A DNA stretch of 64,000 bases from contig OY282456.1 in the NCBI GenBank assembly GCA_958296225.1, forward strand, positions 2,955,328 to 3,019,327, in the 5' to 3' direction. This DNA is from an uncultured Dehalococcoidia bacterium. Lineage in GTDB: Bacteria > Chloroflexota > Dehalococcoidia > Lucifugimonadales > UBA3495. The translations under genes were made by a program, and so were the position numbers. The notes beneath the pieces were generated by a model. It saw only the letters and a list, made by a program, of their open reading frames with translations, was not told where the DNA came from and ran no database searches. Of the stretch, positions 42,505-52,026 are shown piece after piece. Position 1 is the stretch's first letter. Every line of letters starts with the position of its first letter.

Positions 42505-44340
42505 CTAGACGGCGCACTCGCCTTCGCCGCGTTCCAGCACGTACTGGTTGGTGCGTTCCCAGTCGAAGTACATTTCGCCGCCGCCCTCGGCTTCGTGTCC
42601 TACTTCCTGCGCGCGCGCGGCCACCGCGGTCATCTGCTCCAAACCCACCCGGTCCAGGAAGTCGTTGAACCGCTCGGAGTCGCCGGCGCGGTGGTCCTTG
42701 TAGTAGCTGACGATGTCTTTCAACACCGACGGCACCAGCTTGGCCGGCACTTTAACCCGGGGCACGCGGGTTCCGATGCGGGAATCCTCCACCAGGTTGT
42801 CGCCGTAGTTGCCGCCCAGGAACAGCTCGTAGGATGGAATCTGCTGCCCGTCCGTGCCCTTGACCGCCCCGCCGTGGAATCCGATGTTGGCGATGTGGTG
42901 CAGGCCGCACCCGTTGGGGCAGCCGCTCATCTTGATGCGGATGTCCTGCACGCCGGCGTCGTCGGCCAGGCCGTTCCAGTCCGCAATCTCGGTGCGGAGG
43001 GCTTTGGCCAGGCCCATTGACGCGGTGATGCCGAGTTTGCAGCTGTCGGTGCCGGGGCAGGAAACGATGTTGCTGATGTGGTTGTGGCCGGCCTCGCCCA
43101 ACTCCAGCGCGGTCAAGGCTTCCCAAACGTCGCGCAGGTGGCCGGTGGGCACCCAGCGCAGGACGATGTTCTGCTCCTGGGTAGTGCGCGCCTTGCCGCC
43201 GGTGTAGCGGCGGACGATATTCGCCAGGCCGTGGAACTGGGCGGAGGTGAGGTCGCCCCGCACCGTCTTGACGTACACCACATGGTAGCCTTCCTGGCGC
43301 TGCGCCGCCACGTTGCTGTCCAGCCAGCTCCGGTATTCCGGGCTGCCGTCGTCGCCGTTGCCGGAGGCCGGCTGCGGCGGTGGGGTTTCGCGCTGGATTT
43401 CCTCGGCGGTCATCAGCGGCCGGTAGTCGATGGGGCCGATGTTGGCCAGCTCGGCGTCCACCAGGTCGCGGAATTCGTCCAGGCCAATCTTGTCAATCAG
43501 CACCTTGAGGCGGGCCATCATACGGTTCTTGCGGAGGATGTCGGCGTTGTTGAATACCGTCCATATCGCCAGGGCCACCCGGAGGTAGTCATCCTCGGAT
43601 ACCCACTCGTACAGGGGTTTGGCCAGCCGGGGCATAATGGACGTTCCGCCGCCGCAATAGACTTTGAAGCCTTTGCGCTGCGCGCCGTCCACCTCTTTAT
43701 ACTGGGCTACGTAGGTCAAATCCTGGACGGCGGCGGCCACTTCGTCCCGCCGGTCGTTGCCGGTGAAGGCGGACTTGAACTTGCGGGGGAAGTTTTGCGT
43801 GATGGGATGGCGCACGCCAAAGCGCACGTAGGCGGTGAGATAGGGCGTGGGGTCGAACACTTCCTCCGGGCTGACCCCGGCGGTGGCCGGGCCGACCACG
43901 TTGCGCACGGTGTTGCCGCAAGCCTCGCGAGTGGACAGGCCCACCGCGCCCAGGAGTCGCAGAACTTCGGAGGTTTGTTCCAGCGGGATGTGGTGCAGCT
44001 GGATGTTTTCCCGGGTGGTGATGTGCCCCTTCTGCAAGGGGGCGTAGCGTTCCGCAACGTCGCCGAAGCAGTCCAGCATAGCTGCGGACACGATGCCGCC
44101 GGGGAGTTTGACGCGAATCATCTGCACGTCGGCCTGACGCTGCCCGTACACGCCCTGGCGCAGGCGAAAGGGGGTGAACACGGTGTTGTCCAGGTCTCCG
44201 GTTCGGAAGCGGTCAACCTCGGCGTCAAAGCGCCGGATTTCATCCTCCATAAAAGGGATGATGGCGGGCGATTCCGGCGCCAGTCGCATACTGGATTCAT
44301 GGATTGCGTTCTGGTCGGCAGCTTGAATTTGGCTGGTCAA
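42505..44340 (-). CDS. siroheme/4Fe-4S sulfite (or nitrite) reductase
   Basis: GVYGQRQ, HITTRENIQLH, PRKFK, SCPG..SC, SGCPNGC; TTG start with GGAGG RBS. Confidence 0.9.
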   Translation of the reverse strand: MTSQIQAADQNAIHESSMRLAPESPAIIPFMEDEIRRFDAEVDRFRTGDLDNTVFTPFRLRQGVYGQRQADVQMIRVKLPGGIVSAAMLDCFGDVAERYAPLQKGHITTRENIQLHHIPLEQTSEVLRLLGAVGLSTREACGNTVRNVVGPATAGVSPEEVFDPTPYLTAYVRFGVRHPITQNFPRKFKSAFTGNDRRDEVAAAVQDLTYVAQYKEVDGAQRKGFKVYCGGGTSIMPRLAKPLYEWVSEDDYLRVALAIWTVFNNADILRKNRMMARLKVLIDKIGLDEFRDLVDAELANIGPIDYRPLMTAEEIQRETPPPQPASGNGDDGSPEYRSWLDSNVAAQRQEGYHVVYVKTVRGDLTSAQFHGLANIVRRYTGGKARTTQEQNIVLRWVPTGHLRDVWEALTALELGEAGHNHISNIVSCPGTDSCKLGITASMGLAKALRTEIADWNGLADDAGVQDIRIKMSGCPNGCGLHHIANIGFHGGAVKGTDGQQIPSYELFLGGNYGDNLVEDSRIGTRVPRVKVPAKLVPSVLKDIVSYYKDHRAGDSERFNDFLDRVGLEQMTAVAARAQEVGHEAEGGGEMYFDWERTNQYVLERGEGECAV

Positions 44341-44363
44341 GGTGTCCTCCTCCGGATGCGGGC

Positions 44364-44403
44364 AAAAGAAGGCCCACCGTGCCGTTTGGCAAAACCGGTG
44401 GGC
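44364..44403 (-). terminator. attenuator terminator in the sulfite reductase leader
   Basis: GCCCACCG/CGGTGGGC stem with inner TGCC/GGCA, followed by TTCTTTT. Confidence 0.7.
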
Positions 44404-44430
44404 GCAGGTGGAACCTGTTTTTAGGCCAAG

Positions 44431-44505
44431 TTAGGTTTGCCCTGCCCCCGATGTGGGCGGACAGGAGCAAGCGCAAAGGCAGTTCGTTTTGCAGGTACTA
44501 TGCAT
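44431..44505 (-). CDS. Cys-rich leader peptide MHSTCKTNCLCACSCPPTSGAGQT
   Basis: 5 Cys codons in the first 15; ATG 8 nt after the -10 box. Confidence 0.7.
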   Translation of the reverse strand: MHSTCKTNCLCACSCPPTSGAGQT

Positions 44506-44513
44506 TTGCGAAA

Positions 44514-44542
44514 ACTATACAATGGAGGTCGGGAATTGTCAA
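44514..44542 (-). promoter_or_regulatory. sigma70 promoter of the leader/sulfite reductase/hemD transcript
   Basis: TTGACA-N17-TATAGT. Confidence 0.8.
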
Positions 44543-44573
44543 CCGGGAACCGGGCGGCCGCGGACCGCCGGTT

Positions 44574-45254
44574 TCAGCGCAAAGAACGCTCCGATTTGAG
44601 GTCTCCGGTGCCGATGGTGCGCCCCGAAATCAGCCACAGCACCCGCTCGGAGATGTTGGTGGCCCGGTCGGCGATGCGCTCCAAATCGTGCGCCACCCAG
44701 AGGAGGTAGGTGGCCTGTTCGATGTTGCGGGGGTCTTGCAGCATATAGGTCAGCAGTTCCCGGTAAATCTGATTGTACAGGTCGTCAACGGCGTCATCGT
44801 CCTGGCAAATCTTGCGCGCCAGCCACTCGTCCCGGTTGGCGTAGGCTTGCAGGCTTTCGTTGAGCATTTGCAGGGCGAGTTCCGCCATCCGGGGAATGTC
44901 AATCAGCGGTTTCAGCAATGGCTGGTCGCCAATTCGCAGGCAGATTTTGGCGATGCCCTCGGCGTAGTCCCCCATCCGTTCCAGCTCGACGCCGATGTGG
45001 ACGATGGACATAACCGTGCGCAAGTCGCCGGCGGCGGGCTGTTGGGTCGCCAGCAGGCCCACGCATTTGTTTTCCAGCGTGTCTTGCAGCTGGTCGATAT
45101 GGTCGTCGTCAGCGATGACTTGCCGGGCCAGGGCGGCGTTCCGGGTTTCCAGAGCCCGGAGGGCGCGTTGGGTGGATTGCTCCACCAGTCGCCCCATTTC
45201 AACCAGGCCCTTTTGCAGGGCTGCCAGGTCGCGATTGTAGTCAGAGCGCAGCAT
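44574..45254 (-). CDS. phoU: phosphate signalling protein PhoU
   Basis: QQP.A.DLR, ELERMGD, DDAVDDLY, LERIADRATNI. Confidence 0.95.
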   Translation of the reverse strand: MLRSDYNRDLAALQKGLVEMGRLVEQSTQRALRALETRNAALARQVIADDDHIDQLQDTLENKCVGLLATQQPAAGDLRTVMSIVHIGVELERMGDYAEGIAKICLRIGDQPLLKPLIDIPRMAELALQMLNESLQAYANRDEWLARKICQDDDAVDDLYNQIYRELLTYMLQDPRNIEQATYLLWVAHDLERIADRATNISERVLWLISGRTIGTGDLKSERSLR

Positions 45255-45291
45255 CTGGGCCCTCCTTTTCCTGGTTGGTCGCCGTCTGAGG

Positions 45292-46077
45292 TTAGCCGAA
45301 CCGGCCGGTGATGTAGGCTTCGGTGCGCTCATCAGCGGGGTTGGTGAACATTTTAGGGGTGTCGTCGTACTCAATGAGGTGGGACACCCGGTTTTCGTCC
45401 GGCATCAGAAAGGCGGTTTTGTCGGAAACCCGGCCGGCCTGCTGCATATTATGGGTAACGATGACGATGCTGTAGCGAGTTTTGAGGTCTTGCATCAGTT
45501 CCTCAATGGCCAGGGTGGCGATGGGGTCCAGGGCGGAGCAGGGTTCATCCATCAGGATGACGCTGGGCTGCACCGCCAGGGCGCGGGCAATGCAGAGGCG
45601 CTGCTGCTGCCCGCCGGAAAGCGCCAGCGCCGACTCTTTCAGGCGGTCCCGGACTTCCTCCCAGAGCGCGGCGATTTTGAGCGACTCGACAACGATGTCG
45701 TCCAGGCGGCCGGAATACCCATTAATGCGCGGGCCAAATGCTACGTTCTCATAGATGGACTTGGGAAAGGGGTTGGGACGCTGGAAAACCATCCCCACCT
45801 GGTAGCGAATCTGGGTAGGGTCTGCCCCCGGGCCGTAGAGGTCGAAGTCGTGGAACCAGACTTTACCATCCAGGCGGAAGCTGTCCACCAGGTCGTTCAT
45901 CCGGTTCATTACGCGGAGCAGCGTGCTTTTGCCGCCGCCGCTGGGCCCGATGATAGCCGTGATTTCGTGTTCGGGAATGTCCATATTGACACCCTCAATC
46001 ACGTGGTTGGAGCCGTAATAACACCCCACGTCCGCGAGGCGGAAAACGTGGCGGGCGGCCACTGCCTGGGCGGTCAT
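45292..46077 (-). CDS. pstB: phosphate ABC transporter ATP-binding protein
   Basis: [36 protein letters not shown]. Confidence 0.96.
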   Translation of the reverse strand: MTAQAVAARHVFRLADVGCYYGSNHVIEGVNMDIPEHEITAIIGPSGGGKSTLLRVMNRMNDLVDSFRLDGKVWFHDFDLYGPGADPTQIRYQVGMVFQRPNPFPKSIYENVAFGPRINGYSGRLDDIVVESLKIAALWEEVRDRLKESALALSGGQQQRLCIARALAVQPSVILMDEPCSALDPIATLAIEELMQDLKTRYSIVIVTHNMQQAGRVSDKTAFLMPDENRVSHLIEYDDTPKMFTNPADERTEAYITGRFG

Positions 46078-46083
46078 AGCCAA

Positions 46084-46986
46084 TTACCCCCGATGCCGGT
46101 TTTGCAGATGATTCCGCAGGAGTATCGCAAAGGCGTTCAGCCCCAGCAGCAGGGCCAGCAGCACGATGATGCCGGCGGCGGCCAGCTGGTGGAATTCTGC
46201 CTGCGGTTTGGAAATCCAGACGTAAATCTGGATGGGCAGCACGGTAAAACGGTCCAGCGGCGAGGTGGGCGCAAATGGCACGAAGGACAGCGCGCCCATG
46301 ATTACCAGCGGGGCGGCCTCGCCCATGGCCCGGCTCACCGCCAGAATGATGCCCGTCAGAATGCCGGGCAGGGCCTGGGGCAGCACCAGCCGCCAGACTA
46401 CCTGCCAACGGGTGGCGCCGAGAGCGAAACCGCCCTCTCTGATTGAGGAAGGAACGGCGCGGATGGCTTCTTCGGAGGACACGATTACAACGGGCATAAT
46501 CAGCAAGGCCAGCGTCAGCCCGGCGGCCAGCGTGCTTTTGCCCAACGCGAACAACGCCACGAAAACGCTCAACCCCAGGATACCGTACACGATGGACGGC
46601 ACGGCGGCCAGGTTCTGAATGTTGGTTTGAATCAGTTCGTTGAGACGGGTTTTAGCGGCGTATTCCTCCAGGTAGATGGCGGTGGACACTCCCACCGTGA
46701 ACGAAATGAAGATGCAGATTGCCATTACCCAAAGCGTCCCCACAATCGCCGGGAACAGCCCGGAAGATACCGCTTTGCTCGAGGGCGCGTCGCTCAACAG
46801 CGTCTTGATTGACGCCCCCTCCAGATTAATCCAGCCCCAGGCTTCGGTGGCGATGCCGTAGAGCAGGGCGGCCAGCAGCGCCAGAACCAGGCCGATGGCG
46901 ACGACGCAAACCGCCTGGAAGATCCGGGCGCCGCGCCGGCGCCGCGTCAGGCGCCGCTGGTAGGCCGATAAGGTTTGCCGGGCCAT
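46084..46986 (-). CDS. pstA: phosphate ABC transporter permease PstA
   Basis: LAAVPSIVYG, EEAIRAVP, RAMGEAAP. Confidence 0.95.
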   Translation of the reverse strand: MARQTLSAYQRRLTRRRRGARIFQAVCVVAIGLVLALLAALLYGIATEAWGWINLEGASIKTLLSDAPSSKAVSSGLFPAIVGTLWVMAICIFISFTVGVSTAIYLEEYAAKTRLNELIQTNIQNLAAVPSIVYGILGLSVFVALFALGKSTLAAGLTLALLIMPVVIVSSEEAIRAVPSSIREGGFALGATRWQVVWRLVLPQALPGILTGIILAVSRAMGEAAPLVIMGALSFVPFAPTSPLDRFTVLPIQIYVWISKPQAEFHQLAAAGIIVLLALLLGLNAFAILLRNHLQNRHRG

Positions 46987-48287
46987 TATTCGTACACCTC
47001 CCGGAACCTGGCTACTACCGCCTGGCTCACCAGGTTCATCAGCAGCGTGATGATAAACAGCGTGATACCGACGGCGAACAGCGCCTGAAACTGGGCGGTG
47101 CCGGGTATGGCGTTGTCGCTGAAGTTGGTGGCGGCCATGAACCCGGTCATGGTATTGACCGGCTCCAGCGGGTTGAAGGTAAGCCGGTCGTTTTGCCCGG
47201 CGGCGATGAACACAATCATCGTTTCGCCCACGGCGCGGGACATTGCCAGTATGAACGCCCCCACGATGCCGGAGAGGGCCGCCGGGACTACCACTTTGGC
47301 GGCGACTTCCACCCTGGTCGCCCCCAGAGCGTAGGCACCTTCCCGGAGGGAGGAGGGCACGGCCCGCAGCGCGTCCTCGCTCAGGCTGGACACCATGGGC
47401 AGAATCATCACGCCCATTACAATAGCGGCGGCCAGGGCGTTGAAGATGCCCACGTCATCGCTGAACAGCCGCAGCGCCGGCGTAATAAAGAACAGGGCGA
47501 AGAACCCGTACACCACCGTGGGTATTCCCGCCAGCACCTCCAGGACGGGCTTGACGATAGCCCGCATCCGGGGAGGCGCGTATTCGCTAAGGTAAATAGC
47601 GCTCAACAGGCCCAGCGGCGCCGCGATGAACATTGCCAGCGCCGCAATCATCATCGTGCCTACCAGCAGCGGCCAGATGCCATAGGAGCGCGGCACCAGC
47701 AGCGTGCGCCATTTGGTGTCGGTGAAATAGCGATGCCACTTTACCGATTCGGGAACCGCAAACGAATCCGTTTCCAACACGGCGTCATCAAAGGGGCCGC
47801 CCACCGTAGCGATGCCGACCTTGTAAGAGCGGCCCGGCGCAGCGTTGGCGATAACGCAAGAGGTACGTTCCGGGGCCAGGTTCTGACAATCGGTCAGGTC
47901 AGCGCCCAGGCGGGGCCGTATTGCGACGTCGTAGCCGGTGAAAGGCGCGCCGCCGGCCGGCGGCGACCAGCTGACGTAAATCAGCGAGTCGGTAGTGGCC
48001 CGCACCGATACCTGCGCTATGGTGCCGGGGGCCGCCGTCTCGCCGGTGGCCGTCCGCGCGACCGGTTTCGTTTCGTAAAAATCGGCAGTGAAAAAGCGCA
48101 CGCCCTCGAACAGCAAAACGGATACGATGCCAACGGTGGTGAGCAGGGAGACGGTTGCCAAAAGAAAAAGCGCCACTCTGACAATTTTTTCAAAGCGGCG
48201 CTTGGAGCCGGTGGCTGTGATGTCGTAACCGGCAGCGGTGGCTTGGCCAACTGCCGGTTTACCGCCGAGGATTTTGTCGAAAAGCAC
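46986..48287 (-). CDS. pstC: phosphate ABC transporter permease PstC with inserted FN3-like domain
   Basis: LAGIPTVVYG, SEDALRAVP, RAVGETM; extra ~95-aa beta domain after TM1. Confidence 0.92.
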   Translation of the reverse strand: MLFDKILGGKPAVGQATAAGYDITATGSKRRFEKIVRVALFLLATVSLLTTVGIVSVLLFEGVRFFTADFYETKPVARTATGETAAPGTIAQVSVRATTDSLIYVSWSPPAGGAPFTGYDVAIRPRLGADLTDCQNLAPERTSCVIANAAPGRSYKVGIATVGGPFDDAVLETDSFAVPESVKWHRYFTDTKWRTLLVPRSYGIWPLLVGTMMIAALAMFIAAPLGLLSAIYLSEYAPPRMRAIVKPVLEVLAGIPTVVYGFFALFFITPALRLFSDDVGIFNALAAAIVMGVMILPMVSSLSEDALRAVPSSLREGAYALGATRVEVAAKVVVPAALSGIVGAFILAMSRAVGETMIVFIAAGQNDRLTFNPLEPVNTMTGFMAATNFSDNAIPGTAQFQALFAVGITLFIITLLMNLVSQAVVARFREVYE

Positions 48288-48498
48288 GGTGGCTCACCTG
48301 GTGGCGCAAAACGCCCGCGGGTTGATTGACTGACGGGTTATCATAGCCCAATGCGCTCATCGCGTGACGTTATTATAATAGACGCGCCGGGGAAATCCGG
48401 CAACCCCGGTCTGCGGATATTGATAATCGTGGCGTCGGATGTGCGCCCGGCCCCGGCGTTCTATGGCCGGGGAACCGGCAAAAATCAGGGGGTCTAAT

Positions 48499-49533
48499 TT
48501 GAGCCAGAAATTACAACTGAGCGTGGTTGACCAGTCCCCAATGCGTGAGGGCAGCACCGCCGGCGTAGCCCTGCGGGAAACTATCGGGCTGGCGGTAGCC
48601 ACCGAGCGGCTGGGCTATCAGCGCTACTGGGTGGCCGAACACCACAATTTGCCCAATTTCGCCGGCACGGCCCCGGAGGTGATGGTCGGGCAGATTGCGG
48701 CGCACACCAGGCGCATCCGGGTCGGTTCCGGCGGCGTGATGCTGTCGCATTACAGCGCCTTCAAGGTTGCGGAGACCTTCCGTATCCTGGATTCACTGTA
48801 TCCCGACCGCATCGACCTGGGCCTGGGGAGAGCGCCGGGCAGCGACCAGATTACCGCGGCGGCGCTGGCGTATCCCAGTATGCCCAAAGACATTCGCCAT
48901 TTTCCCCAGCAGGTGCGCGACGTTATCAACTATCTGGGCGATGCCCAACCCGACGACCACCCCTTTCATGAGGTGCTGGCAGCGCCGGACGCGCCGGAAA
49001 CTGCGCCCCGGGTGTGGCTTTTGGGTTCGCGCTACGAATCGGCGTTCATGGCGGCGAAGATGGGGCTGCCCTTTGCCTACGCCCACTTTTTCGGCATGGG
49101 CGCGTCCGACGGCCCCCAGATTGTAGAGTCCTACCGCCGGAACTTTGAAGCGTCGGAACATCTGGCCGCGCCGCTGGTGAACGTGGGCGTGCAAGTGCTC
49201 TGCGCCGACACCGAAGAGGCGGCCCGCCGCATTGCGTCCAGCCGCAACCTGGGACGGCTGCGCTCGGTGACCGGCCGGGCCAAAGGCATACCGTCGCCGG
49301 AGCTGGCGGCAAACTACAAATACCTGGCCAACGAATGGCAGTTCGTCCAGCAATACCTCCGCAACTGCGTGGACGGCGACCCGGAGCAGGTGAAAGCCGG
49401 CCTGGAACAGGTGGCGGAGGATTATCAAACCCCGGACTTGAGCGTAGTAACCATCTGTTACCACTACGCCGACCGTTTGCGCTCCTATGAGTTGGTGGCG
49501 GCGGCGTGCGGGTTGGAACCGGCGGCAGAGTAG
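48499..49533 (+). CDS. LLM-class oxidoreductase (YhbW/MsnO8-like subfamily)
   Basis: LSVVDQSP, YWVAEHH, RVGSGGVML.HYS, RIDLGLGRAPG. Confidence 0.9.
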   Translation: MSQKLQLSVVDQSPMREGSTAGVALRETIGLAVATERLGYQRYWVAEHHNLPNFAGTAPEVMVGQIAAHTRRIRVGSGGVMLSHYSAFKVAETFRILDSLYPDRIDLGLGRAPGSDQITAAALAYPSMPKDIRHFPQQVRDVINYLGDAQPDDHPFHEVLAAPDAPETAPRVWLLGSRYESAFMAAKMGLPFAYAHFFGMGASDGPQIVESYRRNFEASEHLAAPLVNVGVQVLCADTEEAARRIASSRNLGRLRSVTGRAKGIPSPELAANYKYLANEWQFVQQYLRNCVDGDPEQVKAGLEQVAEDYQTPDLSVVTICYHYADRLRSYELVAAACGLEPAAE

Positions 49534-49555
49534 GGGCGGGCTTCAAACCCGCCCC
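49530..49555 (+). repeat. GTAG-type REP-like hairpin
   Basis: GTAGGGGCGGGCTTCAAACCCGCCCC. Confidence 0.6.
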
Positions 49556-49581
49556 CTGCTCCGGGACAATTTCCCCGTATT

Positions 49582-50307
49582 TCACGCCCCCAGCTTGGCC
49601 GCCAGGTCCACGAAACTGTCGGCCACTACGTTGAACGACGGGTCCGGTGTCGGGTCCGGCGTGCGGTCGGGGCCGTGTTCACGGGGCCGGGGCACGAACC
49701 CGGTGCGGAGGCCGACTTTGGCGGCGGCGAGCAGGTCGCCCTGGTGGGCGGCCACCATCATCACCTGCTCCGCCTGGAGGCCCAGGAGTTTGACGGCGGT
49801 GCCGTAACTCTCCGGGTCGGGCTTGTAGTGGCGGGCAACCTCGGCGCCCAGGATGCAGTCCCAGGGCATTCCGCCGTTCTTTGCCATATTGGTCATCAGC
49901 GCAATGTTGCCGTTGGACATCGGCGCGATGATGAACTTGTTTTTGAGCCGGTAAAGGCCGGGCACGCTGTCCGCCCAGGGGCGCAGGTTGTGCCAGAAGT
50001 AGGTTACTTCCATCTTTTCGTCGTCGCTGAACCCGCTGATTTCAAACTCGTCCAGCACCTCGTCCAGGGCCATGCGATGCAGGGCGTCCAGGTTGGTCCA
50101 GGGCAGTTCGCCGTGGCGCACCTTGTCCATATAGGGGCGGTACTTGCCGCGCCAGGCGTCGGCGAACGCGCCCCAATCCCGCTCGATGCCCTTGATGCGG
50201 CCCATGTTCGCGCACTGGGCGGTGATGCTGGAACGCCAATCGACCACAGTGCCGAAAACGTCAAAGATACAGGCCCGGATGTCAAGGCCCGAGGGTGTGA
50301 TTGCCAT
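49582..50307 (-). CDS. haloacid dehalogenase type II
   Basis: FDVFGTVVDW, SNGN, YKPD, MVAAH..DL. Confidence 0.9.
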   Translation of the reverse strand: MAITPSGLDIRACIFDVFGTVVDWRSSITAQCANMGRIKGIERDWGAFADAWRGKYRPYMDKVRHGELPWTNLDALHRMALDEVLDEFEISGFSDDEKMEVTYFWHNLRPWADSVPGLYRLKNKFIIAPMSNGNIALMTNMAKNGGMPWDCILGAEVARHYKPDPESYGTAVKLLGLQAEQVMMVAAHQGDLLAAAKVGLRTGFVPRPREHGPDRTPDPTPDPSFNVVADSFVDLAAKLGA

Positions 50308-50438
50308 AATTGCGTCTCCTTGCTGGCTGGCGGCTCCCCGCCGCGCCGTTATCCTAGCACATCGGGCAGCGCCGGTTGTGGCCGGCGTCGCCAGCTGTGG
50401 TAAGATGCGGGGAACAGTTGCAATTGGGAAAGCAAGAT

Positions 50439-50732
50439 ATGGGAACCACTTTGACTGGTGAGGAAATCGCCATTATCAGCATCGGCGTCATCATAGTCAT
50501 TGCTGTTATTGTGGCCCACGTTGCCCAGTTACGGCGTACCAGCAAATTGCCGACACGCGAGGAGTTCAATGCGCTGGTTGGAGAGGTGAGTACGTTGAAA
50601 GTGGAAGTTGCCGCGATGAATGCTCGGATTGACGCCGCTATCCGCGCCAGTGAAGCGCGCATCATCAAGGCCCTGATTAACCACCGCCACCCGGAGCCGG
50701 CCGGCCCGCCGGTCTTTACCGAACCTCTCTAG
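50439..50732 (+). CDS. TM plus coiled-coil plus HxH protein, array copy 1
   Basis: Paralog of copies 2-4; ends ALINHRHPEPAGPPVFTEPL. Confidence 0.75.
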   Translation: MGTTLTGEEIAIISIGVIIVIAVIVAHVAQLRRTSKLPTREEFNALVGEVSTLKVEVAAMNARIDAAIRASEARIIKALINHRHPEPAGPPVFTEPL

Positions 50733-50770
50733 CCCACGGCGCTGTCCAGCAGGAAAGAGGAAAGCAGGAT

Positions 50771-51187
50771 ATGGGAATCACCGTAAGCGGTCAAATGATT
50801 GCCATTCTGGTGTCCATCATCAGCATCGGCGTCATCATAATCATCGCCATTATTGTGGCCCACATTGCCCAGGTGCGGCGTACCAGCAAGCTGCCCACCC
50901 GCAGCGAGTTCAATGCGCTGGTCGGAAAGGTCAGCGAGTTGCAAGTAGCAGTTGCCGCAGTGAATGGCCGGATTGATTCAGTGCATGGCCGAATTGACAC
51001 GGTGGTTGGTCGGATTGACGCAGTAAGTGACCGGATTGACGCGGTAAATGACCGGATTGACGCGCTCCCCACCCAGGAAAGCATTGACGCCGCCATCCGC
51101 GCCAGTGAAGCACGCATCATCAAGGCCCTGATTAACCACCGCCACCCGGAGCCGGCCGGCCCGCCGGTCTTTACCGAACCCCTCTAG
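50771..51187 (+). CDS. TM plus coiled-coil plus HxH protein, array copy 2
   Basis: Five ..RID heptads. Confidence 0.75.
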   Translation: MGITVSGQMIAILVSIISIGVIIIIAIIVAHIAQVRRTSKLPTRSEFNALVGKVSELQVAVAAVNGRIDSVHGRIDTVVGRIDAVSDRIDAVNDRIDALPTQESIDAAIRASEARIIKALINHRHPEPAGPPVFTEPL

Positions 51188-51221
51188 CCCACGGCGATGT
51201 CCGGTTGGAAAGGCAAGATAT

Positions 51222-51638
51222 ATGGGAATCACCGTAAGCGGTCAAATGATTGCCATTCTGGTGTCCATCATCAGCATCGGCGTCATCATAATCATCGCCA
51301 TCATTGTGGCCCACATTGCCCAGGTGCGGCGTACCGGCAAGCTGCCCACCCGCAGTGAGTTCAATGCGCTGGTCGGAAAGGTCAGCGAGTTGCAAGTAGC
51401 AGTCGCCGCAGTGAATGGTCGGATTGATTCAGTGCATGGCCGAATTGACACGGTGGTTGGTCGGATTGACGCAGTAAGTGACCGGATTGACGCGGTAAAT
51501 GACCGGATTGACGCGCTCCCCACCCAGGAAAGCTTGGACGCCGCCATCCGCGCCAGCGAAGCGCGCATTATCAAGGCCCTGATTAACCACCGCCACCCGG
51601 AGCCGGCCGGCCCGCCGGTTTTTACCGAACCCCTTTAG
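51222..51638 (+). CDS. TM plus coiled-coil plus HxH protein, array copy 3
   Basis: Near-identical to copy 2 (451-bp period). Confidence 0.75.
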   Translation: MGITVSGQMIAILVSIISIGVIIIIAIIVAHIAQVRRTGKLPTRSEFNALVGKVSELQVAVAAVNGRIDSVHGRIDTVVGRIDAVSDRIDAVNDRIDALPTQESLDAAIRASEARIIKALINHRHPEPAGPPVFTEPL

Positions 51639-51672
51639 CCCACGGCGCTGTCCGGTTGGAAAGGCAAGATAT

Positions 51673-52026
51673 ATGGGAATCACCGTAAGCGGTCAAATGA
51701 TTGCTATTCTGGTGTCCATCATCAGCATCGGCGTCATCATAATCATCGCCATCATTGTGGCCCACATTGCCCAGGTGCGGCGTATCAGCAAGTTGCCCAC
51801 CCGCGGCGAGTTCAATGCGCTGGTCGGAAAGGTCAGCGAGTTGCAAGTAGCAGTTGCCGCAGTGAATGGTCGGATTGACGCGGTAAATGACCGGATTGAC
51901 GCGCTCCCCACCCAGGAAAGCCTGGACGCCGCCATCCGCGCCAGTGAAGCGCGCATCATCAAGGCCCTGATTCACCACCGCCACCCGGAGCCGGCCGGCC
52001 CGCCGGTCTTTACCGAACCCCTCTAG
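51673..52026 (+). CDS. TM plus coiled-coil plus HxH protein, array copy 4
   Basis: Two heptads. Confidence 0.75.
   Translation: MGITVSGQMIAILVSIISIGVIIIIAIIVAHIAQVRRISKLPTRGEFNALVGKVSELQVAVAAVNGRIDAVNDRIDALPTQESLDAAIRASEARIIKALIHHRHPEPAGPPVFTEPL

Noticed and set aside
50439-52026. Tandem paralogs as a diversity-generating retroelement
   Set aside because: No reverse transcriptase in the window; differences are not adenine-specific
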